Assembly (NCBI GenBank): GCA_021817945.1
Contig: JAKAFL010000016.1
Span: 429 to 64,428, forward strand
Length of the DNA: 64,000 bases
Direction: 5' to 3'
Source: a bacterium
Lineage (GTDB): Bacteria > Verrucomicrobiota > Verrucomicrobiia > Limisphaerales > UBA11358
A model generated the notes under the pieces. The model was not told the DNA's origin. It saw only the letters and a program-made list of their open reading frames with translations, and did no database searches. Position 1 is the stretch's first letter. Every line of letters begins with the position of its first letter. Shown piece by piece: positions 38,494 through 46,945 of this stretch. A program made the translations under genes and the position numbers.

Positions 38494-39899
38494 ACTCAAA
38501 CGATATTAAGCCAGTGCCAACCAGCCAGGTTGATGCCTCCTGCCGATTGCCTTTGCTGGCGCTTTTCGGGGGTTCAGCCCTTTGGCTTGTTTTGGGGTTG
38601 TTGCTGGAGTTGACCGCCTCACTCCAGTTTCATGCTCCGGGTATTTTTTCCTGCTGCCCTTGGATGACTTACGGCCGGGTTTTGCCTGCGGCAAATGACT
38701 TGCTGATTTATGGTTTTGCCATTCCCACCGGCCTGGGTGTCATGCTCTGGGTGGTTGCTAGGCTGGGCCAGGTGGAACTCGTTCTGCCGCTGGTTTCCTT
38801 TGCCGGGGCTAATGTCTGGCATTTGGGCGTGTTGGTGGGCACACTGGGCGTTTTATCCGGCCATTCCACAGGTTATGCGTGGTTTGAATATCCCAGGGTG
38901 GCGGCAGCCCTGCTTTTGCCCGCTTTCATGTTGGTGGCCGTCTCCGCCGTGGCCGCCATCGGCCAGCGCCGGATCAGGGATTTGTACCCATCGCATTGGT
39001 TTTTTCTCGCTTCCTTGCTCTGGTTTCCTTGGATTTATTCCACAGCGTTTGTTTTCCTTCTGGTCTGGCCCGTTCGCGGTGTTGCCCAAGCGGTGATTGA
39101 TTGGTGGTTTGCCTCCAATTTAATCGTGGTCTGGCTCTCCTTGGTGGGCTTGGGGATCTCTTTCTACCTCCTGCCCAAGTTCTCAGGTCGTCCGCTGGAA
39201 GGCCGGTTCACTGCCTTGTTTGCTTTCGTCACTCTCTTGTTGTTCGGTTCCTGGCTGGGGATCCCCCAAGGCGCTCCAGTGCCTTTCTGGCTTCCCGCCA
39301 GCAGCATATTGGCGGGACTGCTCTTCAGTGTTCCTGTCTTGGTGGTGGCCATGGTTTGTGCTCGCACGGTTTGCGGAGCCCCCGCTGGTTGCAAAGGCGG
39401 CCCTTTTTGCCAGGTCAAATTCGGCACCGCAGCTTTTGTCCTTTCCGGTATTTGGACCGTGGCCCAAGCCTGCCCGCAATTTGCCCACTCCACCTTGCTT
39501 ACAACGTTTGATCTTGGAAGAATTCACTGGCAGATTTTCGGCTTCTTTGCCATCACGGTGATGGGTGGTTTTTATGAGCTGTTCCCCCGTGTGATGGCCT
39601 CTCCGCTGCCCCTTCCTGGGTTGCCGCGGTTTCAACACTGGCTTTTTATTTCCGGCGCCTTGGTTTTGGCGGCGTCCCTGGCGGTGGCAGGGTTGCAGCA
39701 GCAGTCCGCCGATTTTATCCTGGCCAGGATACTCCCCGCCTTTCGAGCCAGTTCCCTGGGTTGGACCTTGCTGTTTATTGGCAGCCTCATTTTTGCGCTT
39801 AATGTATTCATTATGACCATCGTTTGGGTGGTGGGAATTATTAAAACGGTCATTGGCGCCATCAAGGCGCCATTGGCCGTCGCGGAGGTTAAACCATGA
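38490..39899 (+). CDS. cbb3-type cytochrome oxidase subunit I (CcoN)-like membrane protein, apparently lacking the canonical haem/CuB His ligands
   Basis: It is 469 aa with about 12 TM helices and is collinear with CcoN. PWMTYGRVLPAANDLLIYGF corresponds to canonical PW..FGRLRPLHTNAVIF. DWWFASNLI corresponds to canonical WWYGHNAV. LLPKFSGRPL corresponds to canonical FVPK...RP. Confidence 0.7.
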   Translation: MNSNDIKPVPTSQVDASCRLPLLALFGGSALWLVLGLLLELTASLQFHAPGIFSCCPWMTYGRVLPAANDLLIYGFAIPTGLGVMLWVVARLGQVELVLPLVSFAGANVWHLGVLVGTLGVLSGHSTGYAWFEYPRVAAALLLPAFMLVAVSAVAAIGQRRIRDLYPSHWFFLASLLWFPWIYSTAFVFLLVWPVRGVAQAVIDWWFASNLIVVWLSLVGLGISFYLLPKFSGRPLEGRFTALFAFVTLLLFGSWLGIPQGAPVPFWLPASSILAGLLFSVPVLVVAMVCARTVCGAPAGCKGGPFCQVKFGTAAFVLSGIWTVAQACPQFAHSTLLTTFDLGRIHWQIFGFFAITVMGGFYELFPRVMASPLPLPGLPRFQHWLFISGALVLAASLAVAGLQQQSADFILARILPAFRASSLGWTLLFIGSLIFALNVFIMTIVWVVGIIKTVIGAIKAPLAVAEVKP

Positions 39900-40696
39900 A
39901 GAACGGTTTCTCAGTTTTTTGCGTGGCATTGGCGGCGCTCGGCTTGTCATGGATTGGGTTGGTCCTGGGACCGGTCCTCCAATTGGGCCATGAATCGCTC
40001 ACCACGGTCCTGAATTCCACGGACCCTTACCCCATCCAGCCTGCGGGCGCGGCAACCTTGGGCTTGCAGGTTTACAAAGCCAACGGTTGCGCCGCCTGCC
40101 ACACTGAACAGGTGCAACAGGATGGTGTGGTTTGCAACGTGGTTTTGTCCGCGCCGGGCCTGCACCCGGATGATGTTTCCAATCTCCTCTCCCAGCTTGA
40201 CTTGAATGGTTTGACCGACCAGGAGGCATCCATCGCAGCGGCAAAGATCGCCGCCGTGGGCGGTAAAACGGAAATACGCGTGGCTTCCACGGGTGGTGAC
40301 ATGAATCGTGGGTGGGGCTTGCGCCGCAGCGTCTCCGCTGATTACCTTTACGACCAGCCGGTTCAGTTGGGATCTGTACGCATTGGGCCTGATTTGGCCG
40401 ATATCGGAACCCGCCAGACCGATGCAAAAGCCATTCTGGCCCATTTGTATGCGCCTCAGTCCTGCACTGCGGGTTCGTTGATGCCTTCCTTTAAATTCCT
40501 CTTCGTAACCCGTAAGGTTCAAGGATCACCTTCTCCCGATGCTTTGGCATTGCCGCAGGCATTTGCCCCGCCGGATGGCTTTGAGATTGTACCAACCCAG
40601 GATGCGAAGAATTTAGTGGCATACCTCATGAATCTGCACGTTAATGTGCCCCTTTACGAGGCGCCCTTCACACCCTCTGTCGCCGCAAACAAATGA
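39896..40696 (+). CDS. cbb3-type oxidase subunit II (CcoO)-like monohaem cytochrome c with an internal insertion
   Basis: It has an N-terminal TM helix, the haem motif GCAACHTEQV, and CcoO-like RIGPDLADIGTR and HLYAPQS...GSLMPSF. About 55-60 extra residues lie between the haem motif and the conserved core. Confidence 0.65.
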   Translation: MKNGFSVFCVALAALGLSWIGLVLGPVLQLGHESLTTVLNSTDPYPIQPAGAATLGLQVYKANGCAACHTEQVQQDGVVCNVVLSAPGLHPDDVSNLLSQLDLNGLTDQEASIAAAKIAAVGGKTEIRVASTGGDMNRGWGLRRSVSADYLYDQPVQLGSVRIGPDLADIGTRQTDAKAILAHLYAPQSCTAGSLMPSFKFLFVTRKVQGSPSPDALALPQAFAPPDGFEIVPTQDAKNLVAYLMNLHVNVPLYEAPFTPSVAANK

Positions 40697-41298
40697 AGGA
40701 TCCAGCCCAGTCATCAACTGATCACCAGGAAAACCCACCCTCGGCTTCGGTTTCCACCGTGCCGCTCTGGATATTTGCCCTGACGCTGCTCCTCATTTTT
40801 CTGGGCACCGTTTATTTTGACCACCACAGCGGATGGTTCAATCCGCAGATTTACTCCCCATTTGAAAATGAAGCCCAGTTGGAGGCATACCAGCCCAAGT
40901 CAGGCTCGGCGGCGATGATCGCCCGGGGCAAGCAGGTTTACGAGCAAATCTGCGGCATTTGCCACGGCGTGGATGGCATGGGTAAGCCGGGTCAGGCTCC
41001 GCCCTTGGCTGGCTCGGAGTGGGTGAATGCTTCCAGCTACAACCGGCTGGCTCATATTCCTTTGATGGGCGTCAATGGCGATATCACGGTTGAAGGAAAA
41101 GATTGGAACATGGCCATGGCTGCCATGGGCGCATCTCTCAGCGATGCCGACCTGGCGGCGGTTCTGAGTTATATTCGGAATTCCTGGGGCAATAAAAGCG
41201 CCATGGTCACCCCGGAAGATGTGGCTGGGGTGCGTGCGGCAATTGGGAAAAACCCAGTTCCGATGTCTGCGCAACAGTTGGAGAAAATGCCCCAATAA
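40693..41298 (+). CDS. Membrane-anchored class I monohaem cytochrome c (CcoP-like or electron donor)
   Basis: It has a TM anchor (VPLWIFALTLLLIFLGTVYF) and a single CGICHGVDGMG motif, with a LSYIRNSWGN tail typical of class I c-type domains. Confidence 0.75.
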   Translation: MKDPAQSSTDHQENPPSASVSTVPLWIFALTLLLIFLGTVYFDHHSGWFNPQIYSPFENEAQLEAYQPKSGSAAMIARGKQVYEQICGICHGVDGMGKPGQAPPLAGSEWVNASSYNRLAHIPLMGVNGDITVEGKDWNMAMAAMGASLSDADLAAVLSYIRNSWGNKSAMVTPEDVAGVRAAIGKNPVPMSAQQLEKMPQ

Positions 41299-41313
41299 AC
41301 TGGGCCGGTACGG

Positions 41314-42342
41314 CTAATTCGTGCGGCTTTCGATTTCTTGAATGGCCCAGCGCGCGTGCTCGGCCACAAGCGGTTCGGAATCTGTGGCCGCTTTCTCCAG
41401 GTGGGGCAGGGCGTCTCTCCCGCCAACATTTCCCAAAGCCACGCAGACGTTTCTTAGGAACCCCCTTCGTTTGGTCCTCAGAATGGGGCTGTCTGCAAAC
41501 TGTTTTTTAAAGTCGGCGTCGTTCAGCGCCAGCAATTCCAGCAGGTTGGGTTCACCAAGGTCCGCTCTCAAATGCGGCTTCATTAGTTTCCCAGCCCGGG
41601 CAAACCGGTTCCAGGGGCAGGCGGCCAGGCAATCGTCACAGCCATAGATCCGGTTGCCGATGGCTCGTCGCCATTCCAAAGGAATGGATTCCTTTAATTC
41701 AATCGTTAGGTAGGAAATGCAGCGTCGCGCATCCAATTGAAACGGGCCGGTGATTGCACCAGTGGGGCAGGACGTGAGGCACCGGCTGCAATGGCCACAG
41801 TGGTTTTTTTCCGGCACATCCGGTTCCAGTTCCAGGGTGGTCAGTATTTCCCCCAGAAAAAACCAGTTGCCCAAACGCCGGCTGATCAGGTTGGTGTGCT
41901 TTCCCACGAACCCCAGTCCAGCGCGTTGCGCCAGGTCCCGTTCCAATATCGGCCCGGTGTCCACATACCAAATGGAGCGTGTCCCGACGCCCGCCAATTG
42001 GTTCACGTACAAGGTCAGTTGCCTAAGTTTTTCGCCGATGATCCCATGGTAATCCGCATGCCGGGCATACCGGGCAATGACCCCGGCGCCCCGGATTGTT
42101 GAATCCACTTGTGTTTCCACCGCATGACTGGCCGCCACCACAATGAAGGATTTTACTCCTGGCAAGACAAGGTCAGGGTTCAACCGCTTGTCTGCGTTGC
42201 GCTGCAACCAGGCCATGTTTCCATGTCTCCCTTCCTTCAGCCATTCCTCCAGACGCCGACCGCTCCCCGGCGGTTGGGCCGTGGTAAACCTGCACTGGTC
42301 AAATCCCAAATGCAAAGCTTGCTGCCGGATGATCTCCTTCAT
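41314..42342 (-). CDS. queG: tRNA epoxyqueuosine(34) reductase
   Basis: The Fe-S motifs CGHCSRCLTSCPTGAI and GCDDCLAACPWNRF are present. A C-terminal HEAT-like segment and the conserved GLGFVGKHTNLI are also visible. Confidence 0.85.
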   Translation of the reverse strand: MKEIIRQQALHLGFDQCRFTTAQPPGSGRRLEEWLKEGRHGNMAWLQRNADKRLNPDLVLPGVKSFIVVAASHAVETQVDSTIRGAGVIARYARHADYHGIIGEKLRQLTLYVNQLAGVGTRSIWYVDTGPILERDLAQRAGLGFVGKHTNLISRRLGNWFFLGEILTTLELEPDVPEKNHCGHCSRCLTSCPTGAITGPFQLDARRCISYLTIELKESIPLEWRRAIGNRIYGCDDCLAACPWNRFARAGKLMKPHLRADLGEPNLLELLALNDADFKKQFADSPILRTKRRGFLRNVCVALGNVGGRDALPHLEKAATDSEPLVAEHARWAIQEIESRTN

Positions 42343-42878
42343 TTTTGCTCGCTGGCCGCAAGTCGGAACTGGAGCACCACTTGCTGGGCCACCTCGCGGA
42401 TGGTGCGCAGTTCGGTGTTCATCAATATGTCCGCGCGCTTGTAAAACGGCTCCCGCTGCGCCAGCAATTGACGAATGCGTGCTTTGGGGTCGGAATCATT
42501 TAGCAGCGGACGGTGAGATTGGGATTTCACCCTGTCCCATATCTTTTCTGGCGAGGCCCATAGGCACACCACCAATGAATGTTTTTTCAAATTCTCAAGG
42601 TTGTCCCCCTGCGCTGATAGTCCGCCCCCGGTGGCAATCACCGTTTTTGTCAATCCTTCCAAGTGTCTTACCGCTTCGCGCTCCATCTCCCGAAATGCCG
42701 CCTCTCCCCGGTGTTGGAAAATATCGGAAACCGAGCAGCCTGCATGAGCTTGAATCCAGTCATCCGTGTCCAGAAAGCTGAATTGAAGGAGTTCGGATGC
42801 CAGCCGGGCCACGGATGTTTTTCCCGTGCCCATGAAGCCTATCAGGCACAGGTTTGAGATCCGTCGGTTTTCTTGCAT
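42339..42878 (-). CDS. aroK: Shikimate kinase
   Basis: The Walker A motif LIGFMGTGKTSV is followed by D-T-D (FLDTDDWI) and GGG (ATGGG) motifs. The protein is about 179 aa. Confidence 0.85.
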   Translation of the reverse strand: MQENRRISNLCLIGFMGTGKTSVARLASELLQFSFLDTDDWIQAHAGCSVSDIFQHRGEAAFREMEREAVRHLEGLTKTVIATGGGLSAQGDNLENLKKHSLVVCLWASPEKIWDRVKSQSHRPLLNDSDPKARIRQLLAQREPFYKRADILMNTELRTIREVAQQVVLQFRLAASEQK

Positions 42879-43152
42879 GCAGGCAGGATGGCATGAATCA
42901 TTTGATGATGAAATCTCAATTCCACGCCGATGGATCGGGTTGCTTTCAATTCCTGGGGCCTTTCCTTTTGCAAATCCTCGCCGGACTTCGCTGTGAAAGT
43001 TCCCCGGCTTCTCATGTTTCCATCACCCTCGGATTCCTCCTTTACCGCCTCCTGCCTGAATATTTTTAGCCGCCGAAATGAGAAAAGGAAAAGCACGTAA
43101 AATTAAAAATATTAGTTTGTCAAATATTTTACTTGATTAAATTAAAAAATGG

Positions 43153-43623
43153 GTGGATAAACTATATACACCTATGAAAATAAATCACCCCATCAGTTCC
43201 ATCCTGTACCGAAAAAATCCCCAGGTCTGGTCCGTTTCGCCGGAGGCCAGGGTGTTTGATGCCATCAAATTAATGGCCGAGAAAAATATTGGCGCGCTTC
43301 CAGTGATGTCCGGTTCGAGGTTGGTGGGAATTTTTACAGAAAGAGACTACACCCGTAAAATTGCCCTTGCTGGCAAAAACTCGCGTGACACCTCGGTTTT
43401 TGAGGTTGCCACCGCGCAATGCCATTCCGTAAGCCAGCACGAAACCGTTGAGGAATGCATGAGGCTGATGACGGAAAACCGGGTCAGGCACCTGCCTGTC
43501 ATGGATGGAAATCAATTAATAGGTATCGTCTCGATTGGCGATCTCGTGGATTGGACCATCTCCATGCAGAATGTGGCTATTGAGCAATTGGAGCAATATA
43601 TCTCGGGCGGTGTCCAAGCCTGA
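43153..43623 (+). CDS. CBS domain pair protein
   Basis: Two CBS motifs are present (NIGALPVMSGSRLVGIFTERD; VRHLPVMDGNQLIGIVSIGDL). An alternative ATG start is at 43186. Confidence 0.8.
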   Translation: MDKLYTPMKINHPISSILYRKNPQVWSVSPEARVFDAIKLMAEKNIGALPVMSGSRLVGIFTERDYTRKIALAGKNSRDTSVFEVATAQCHSVSQHETVEECMRLMTENRVRHLPVMDGNQLIGIVSIGDLVDWTISMQNVAIEQLEQYISGGVQA

Positions 43624-43695
43624 ATAGGCATTCATGAATGCATCCAGTTGAGCCTCTCGCGAGGTGGATGGCTTATCTGGATGAGTCGGGGCGGT

Positions 43696-43968
43696 TTATT
43701 TCGTGAGCGTCTCGTTGACTTCGCGTTCGTGGGAAAAAGCGGCCATTTTCAGGTCCGAATTTTCCTGCCAATGTTCCAGCGTGGGGCCTACCTCGGTGTA
43801 AATCCAGTCTTGAAAGGCTCTATGGTCGGAGTAGGTAAAGACCAACACAGCCAAACCGAACAAAAACGCAAATGTTCGGCGCACATGTCTGCGGCGCTCA
43901 TCCTTCAATTCACGCCGCCTCTCCGCACGGGCCCAAGCGGCCACTTTTATCCCCTTAGGATAATTCAC
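43696..43968 (-). CDS. Hypothetical small membrane protein
   Basis: This 90-aa ORF has an Arg-rich N-terminus and one TM helix (TFAFLFGLAVLVFTY). I recognise no homology, so the call rests on ORF and composition only. Confidence 0.35.
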   Translation of the reverse strand: MNYPKGIKVAAWARAERRRELKDERRRHVRRTFAFLFGLAVLVFTYSDHRAFQDWIYTEVGPTLEHWQENSDLKMAAFSHEREVNETLTK

Positions 43969-44029
43969 AATACCAAACTATAAGCAAGTGCCGTGCCACG
44001 GTTTTACCCTGGTTTAATTTCTGGCTCCA

Positions 44030-44097
44030 TTCAACCCCAAAAGCAAAATGGAAACGGTCAAGATGCGGAGCGAAATCTCTTTGGAAAAATCGAAATT
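44030..44097 (+). repeat. Truncated copy (A) of the MITE-like repeat family
   Basis: ttcaaccccaaaagcaaaatggaaacggtcaagatgcgg-agcgaaatctctttggaaaaatcgaaa matches the left TIR and left core of the copies at 45999 and 49990, with an 11-nt deletion. Similarity is lost after about 70 nt. Confidence 0.6.
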
Positions 44098-44165
44098 TCA
44101 AAGGGCTTCATTTCAACTCCCATCCTCAAATCCATTCCTGAAATCTTTCCGGGGTTCACGAAAGT

Positions 44166-45878
44166 TTACAATTCCAGATTGTCATCGGTCACCGCCCCGA
44201 GCGAGGCTGAAGTCACCGTGTGGGCGTACTTGGCCAGCACCCCTCGGACATGCCGTGGTGTTGGTTTTTTCCAGGCCGCTTTGCGCCTTTTCCATTCTTT
44301 GGCGGTGATGTCCAGCCTGATTTCTTTTTTTTCAGCATCCAGAATAATGGGGTCGCCATTTTTAATCAGCGCAATGGGGCCGCCAACGCTGGCCTCGGGT
44401 GTGATATGGCCCACCACGAAACCGTGGCTGCCTCCGCTGAAACGACCGTCCGTGATCAAGGCCACTTCCTTGCCCAAGCCCTTGCCCATGATGGCGCTGG
44501 TGGGGGATAACATCTCGCGCATTCCGGGTCCGCCCTTGGGGCCTTCATAGCGAATCACGATGACATGACCCGCCTTGACCTGGCCCTGCAAAATGGCCTT
44601 GAGCGCTGTTTCCTCGGATTCAAAAACAATGGCCTTGCCCGAAAATTGCAGGCCTTCTTTGCCGGAAATTTTGGCCACAGCGCCTTCCGGCGCCAAGTTG
44701 CCCCGCAATATCACCAAGTGGCTGTCCCGTTTGATCGGTTTATCAAAGTCCATGATGATGGTCTGGCCCTGCGGATAAGGTGCCACTCCCTTGAGGGTTT
44801 CCTCCATGGTCTCACCGGTCACAGTCAGCGTTTCTCCATGCAACAGTTTTTTATCCAACAAAGTCTTCATCAGCGGACGAATACCGCCGATGGCCACCAG
44901 TTCAGACATCAGGTGCCGTCCGCTGGGTTTGAGATCCGCCAGCACTGGCACGCGTTTGCCTATGCGGGTGAAATCGTCCAGGCTGAGTTTCACCCTGGCG
45001 GCATGGGCGATGGCCAGAAGGTGGAGCACCGCATTGGTGGATCCACCCAGCGCAATCACGACCGTGATGGCGTTTTCAAAGGCTTTTTTGGTGAGGATAT
45101 CCCTCGGGCGAATGCCTCTTCTTAACATTTCCACCACGCAGGCTCCGGCCTGCCTGCAATCCTCAAGTTTGGCGGGGGATGTTGCGTTTTGTGCCGAACT
45201 GTTCGGCAGGCTCATTCCAAGAGCCTCTATCGCAGAGGCCATGGTGTTGGCCGTGTACATGCCGCCGCATGACCCAGGTCCTGGAATGGCGCAACGCTCC
45301 ACCGCCTCAAATTCTTGATCGTTGATTTTTTGGTTGGCATGGGCCCCAATGGCTTCAAAAACAGATACCACATCCAACTTTCGCGCGTCCCCGGTGATGC
45401 ATCCGGGCAATATCGTGCCCCCGTACACAAACACGGAGGCCCGGTTCATCCTGGCCATCGCGATCAATGCGCCAGGCATGTTCTTGTCGCACCCGCCTAT
45501 CGCCACGTAGCCATCCATTCCCGCGCAGCCCACAACGGTTTCTATGGAATCTGCGATGACTTCCCGCGACACCAGTGAATATTTCATCCCCTCACTCCCC
45601 ATCGAGATGCCGTCGGATATGGTGATGGTATTGAAGATCATGGCCTTGCCCCCCGCCTGGTTGGCGCCTTTTTCAGCCTCCAATGCCAGCTTGTCTATGT
45701 GCATGTTGCACGGAGTCACCTGGCTCCACGTGGATGCCACGCCTATCAATGGCTTGGAAAAATCCTCCGGCTTGAATCCCAGGGGGTACATCATGGCTCG
45801 CGCGGCAGCCCGCTCATCTCCATCCACTATCACGCTGGAGTAGGGCCGCAAAGGATCGGTCGTGTTGCGTTTCTTCAT
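44166..45878 (-). CDS. ilvD: Dihydroxy-acid dehydratase
   Basis: It is 570 aa with the IlvD motifs AIGGCDKNMPGALIAMARMN, SCGGMYTANTM and LITDGRFSGGSHGFVVGHITPEA. Confidence 0.93.
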   Translation of the reverse strand: MKKRNTTDPLRPYSSVIVDGDERAAARAMMYPLGFKPEDFSKPLIGVASTWSQVTPCNMHIDKLALEAEKGANQAGGKAMIFNTITISDGISMGSEGMKYSLVSREVIADSIETVVGCAGMDGYVAIGGCDKNMPGALIAMARMNRASVFVYGGTILPGCITGDARKLDVVSVFEAIGAHANQKINDQEFEAVERCAIPGPGSCGGMYTANTMASAIEALGMSLPNSSAQNATSPAKLEDCRQAGACVVEMLRRGIRPRDILTKKAFENAITVVIALGGSTNAVLHLLAIAHAARVKLSLDDFTRIGKRVPVLADLKPSGRHLMSELVAIGGIRPLMKTLLDKKLLHGETLTVTGETMEETLKGVAPYPQGQTIIMDFDKPIKRDSHLVILRGNLAPEGAVAKISGKEGLQFSGKAIVFESEETALKAILQGQVKAGHVIVIRYEGPKGGPGMREMLSPTSAIMGKGLGKEVALITDGRFSGGSHGFVVGHITPEASVGGPIALIKNGDPIILDAEKKEIRLDITAKEWKRRKAAWKKPTPRHVRGVLAKYAHTVTSASLGAVTDDNLEL

Positions 45879-45998
45879 TTGTCAAAAAGAGTGTCAAAAT
45901 CCCCGCCCTTTCGCAAGCAACTCACAATCCAAAAATATCCGCTCCCATGGACGCAGCTTGCGGCGGATAAAGCTCAAATCTTGCCTGCCCCTGATCGG

Positions 45999-46181
45999 TT
46001 GAACCCGAAAAGCGAAATGGAAAAGGTCAAGATAAGGCAAGATACGGCAAGATGATGAAGCGGAAATCCTTTTGAAAAATCGAAACCATACCCGAAGCGG
46101 TCTGGTGAAACTTTTCCAACGAGTTTGCGCCCAGTGGATTGGCGCAGACTGTCCCTTGGAATTCGTTTTTCGGGCTTTAAC
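45999..46181 (+). mobile_element. MITE-like repeat, copy B (about 183 bp)
   Basis: The left TIR is ttgaacccgaaaagcgaaatggaaaagg. The right end ccttggaattcgtttttcgggctttaac is its imperfect inverted complement. The core cgaaaccatacccgaagcggtctggtga is shared with copies C and D. A roughly 10-nt internal duplication (aaggcaagat) is present. Confidence 0.8.
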
Positions 46182-46581
46182 GGATGCAGAACCGCAATTT
46201 GATTTCCTGATTGTTGACGATGGGTCTGGCGGTGAGTTTGTTCAGTCGTTTCACCAGACTGCGAGCTTTGGATTGGAGCAGGGAACCGTCGGCCCTTGTG
46301 GGTTGGGTTTCCCTGAGAAAGACGTTGGTCACTGAACGGTCCGCTTCTGTGATCAGCCAAAAACGCACCCCTGCCTGGTTGTGGTAAACAGACAACACCC
46401 GGCGCCCCATGGCCACGCCCTTGTCATTTTCTTCCCGGTCTTCAGGCCCGAGGTCTCCCCAATCACCCTGGCAATGCGCATCCAATGCCAGCTGGATATC
46501 CCTTGCCGTGAGAAGTTTCAGGGCTGCCGGAGCAATGACGATCCGGCCTGGTGCAAATTTGGCTTGCAGGGTGGTTGACAT
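46177..46581 (-). CDS. Small conserved hypothetical protein (GDWG...ITEADRS family, often plasmid/ICE-borne) with an apparent C-terminal extension
   Basis: The region GRIVIAPAALKLL...HCQGDWGDLGPEDREENDKGVAMGRRVLSVYHNQAGVRFWLITEADRSVTNVFL matches a small-protein family that, as I recall it, ends shortly after ...TTxLLPEEY. Here the frame continues for about 41 more codons, and the stop codon lies inside the MITE TIR. Confidence 0.5.
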   Translation of the reverse strand: MSTTLQAKFAPGRIVIAPAALKLLTARDIQLALDAHCQGDWGDLGPEDREENDKGVAMGRRVLSVYHNQAGVRFWLITEADRSVTNVFLRETQPTRADGSLLQSKARSLVKRLNKLTARPIVNNQEIKLRFCIR

Positions 46582-46945
46582 GGATTCTCAATCTTTAGTG
46601 CGGAACCTCCATGATGCGCTGCCGGAGAAGGCTAGCCTGTTCAACGCGTATTGGGAATGGAATGGTTTCATGTTTCTAGTTTTTAAAATTATTTGAAACT
46701 TGTGTCCATCATCGTCTTTATTGGCTTCTTCCCTGCGACCTGCCAGATGAAAAAACCAAGCCGCTTTGAAACCATATCTCAACGAACCAATAAATATGCT
46801 TTAGACAAATCCTCTGTAATCATAATGTTGGCAGGACTTTAGGATTGCAAGCAAAAAAAATTAAAAATTCATGGATGCCGCTCCAGGTTCTGATAATTTG
46901 GAATATGCTTGTTATCAATGCATTGCCGCCCTTTGGGGCGGTTGA

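Noticed and set aside
39183-39950. 255-aa ORF on the minus strand
   Set aside because: It is antisense to the CcoN-like membrane protein gene. Its composition is Gly/Arg/Gln-rich and non-protein-like.
41296-41316. Convergent stop codons of the cytochrome c gene and queG only 15 nt apart, with a 4-bp palindrome (gccg gta cggc)
   Set aside because: The stem is too short and lacks a U-tract, so I do not call it a bidirectional terminator. I note it only as tight convergent packing.
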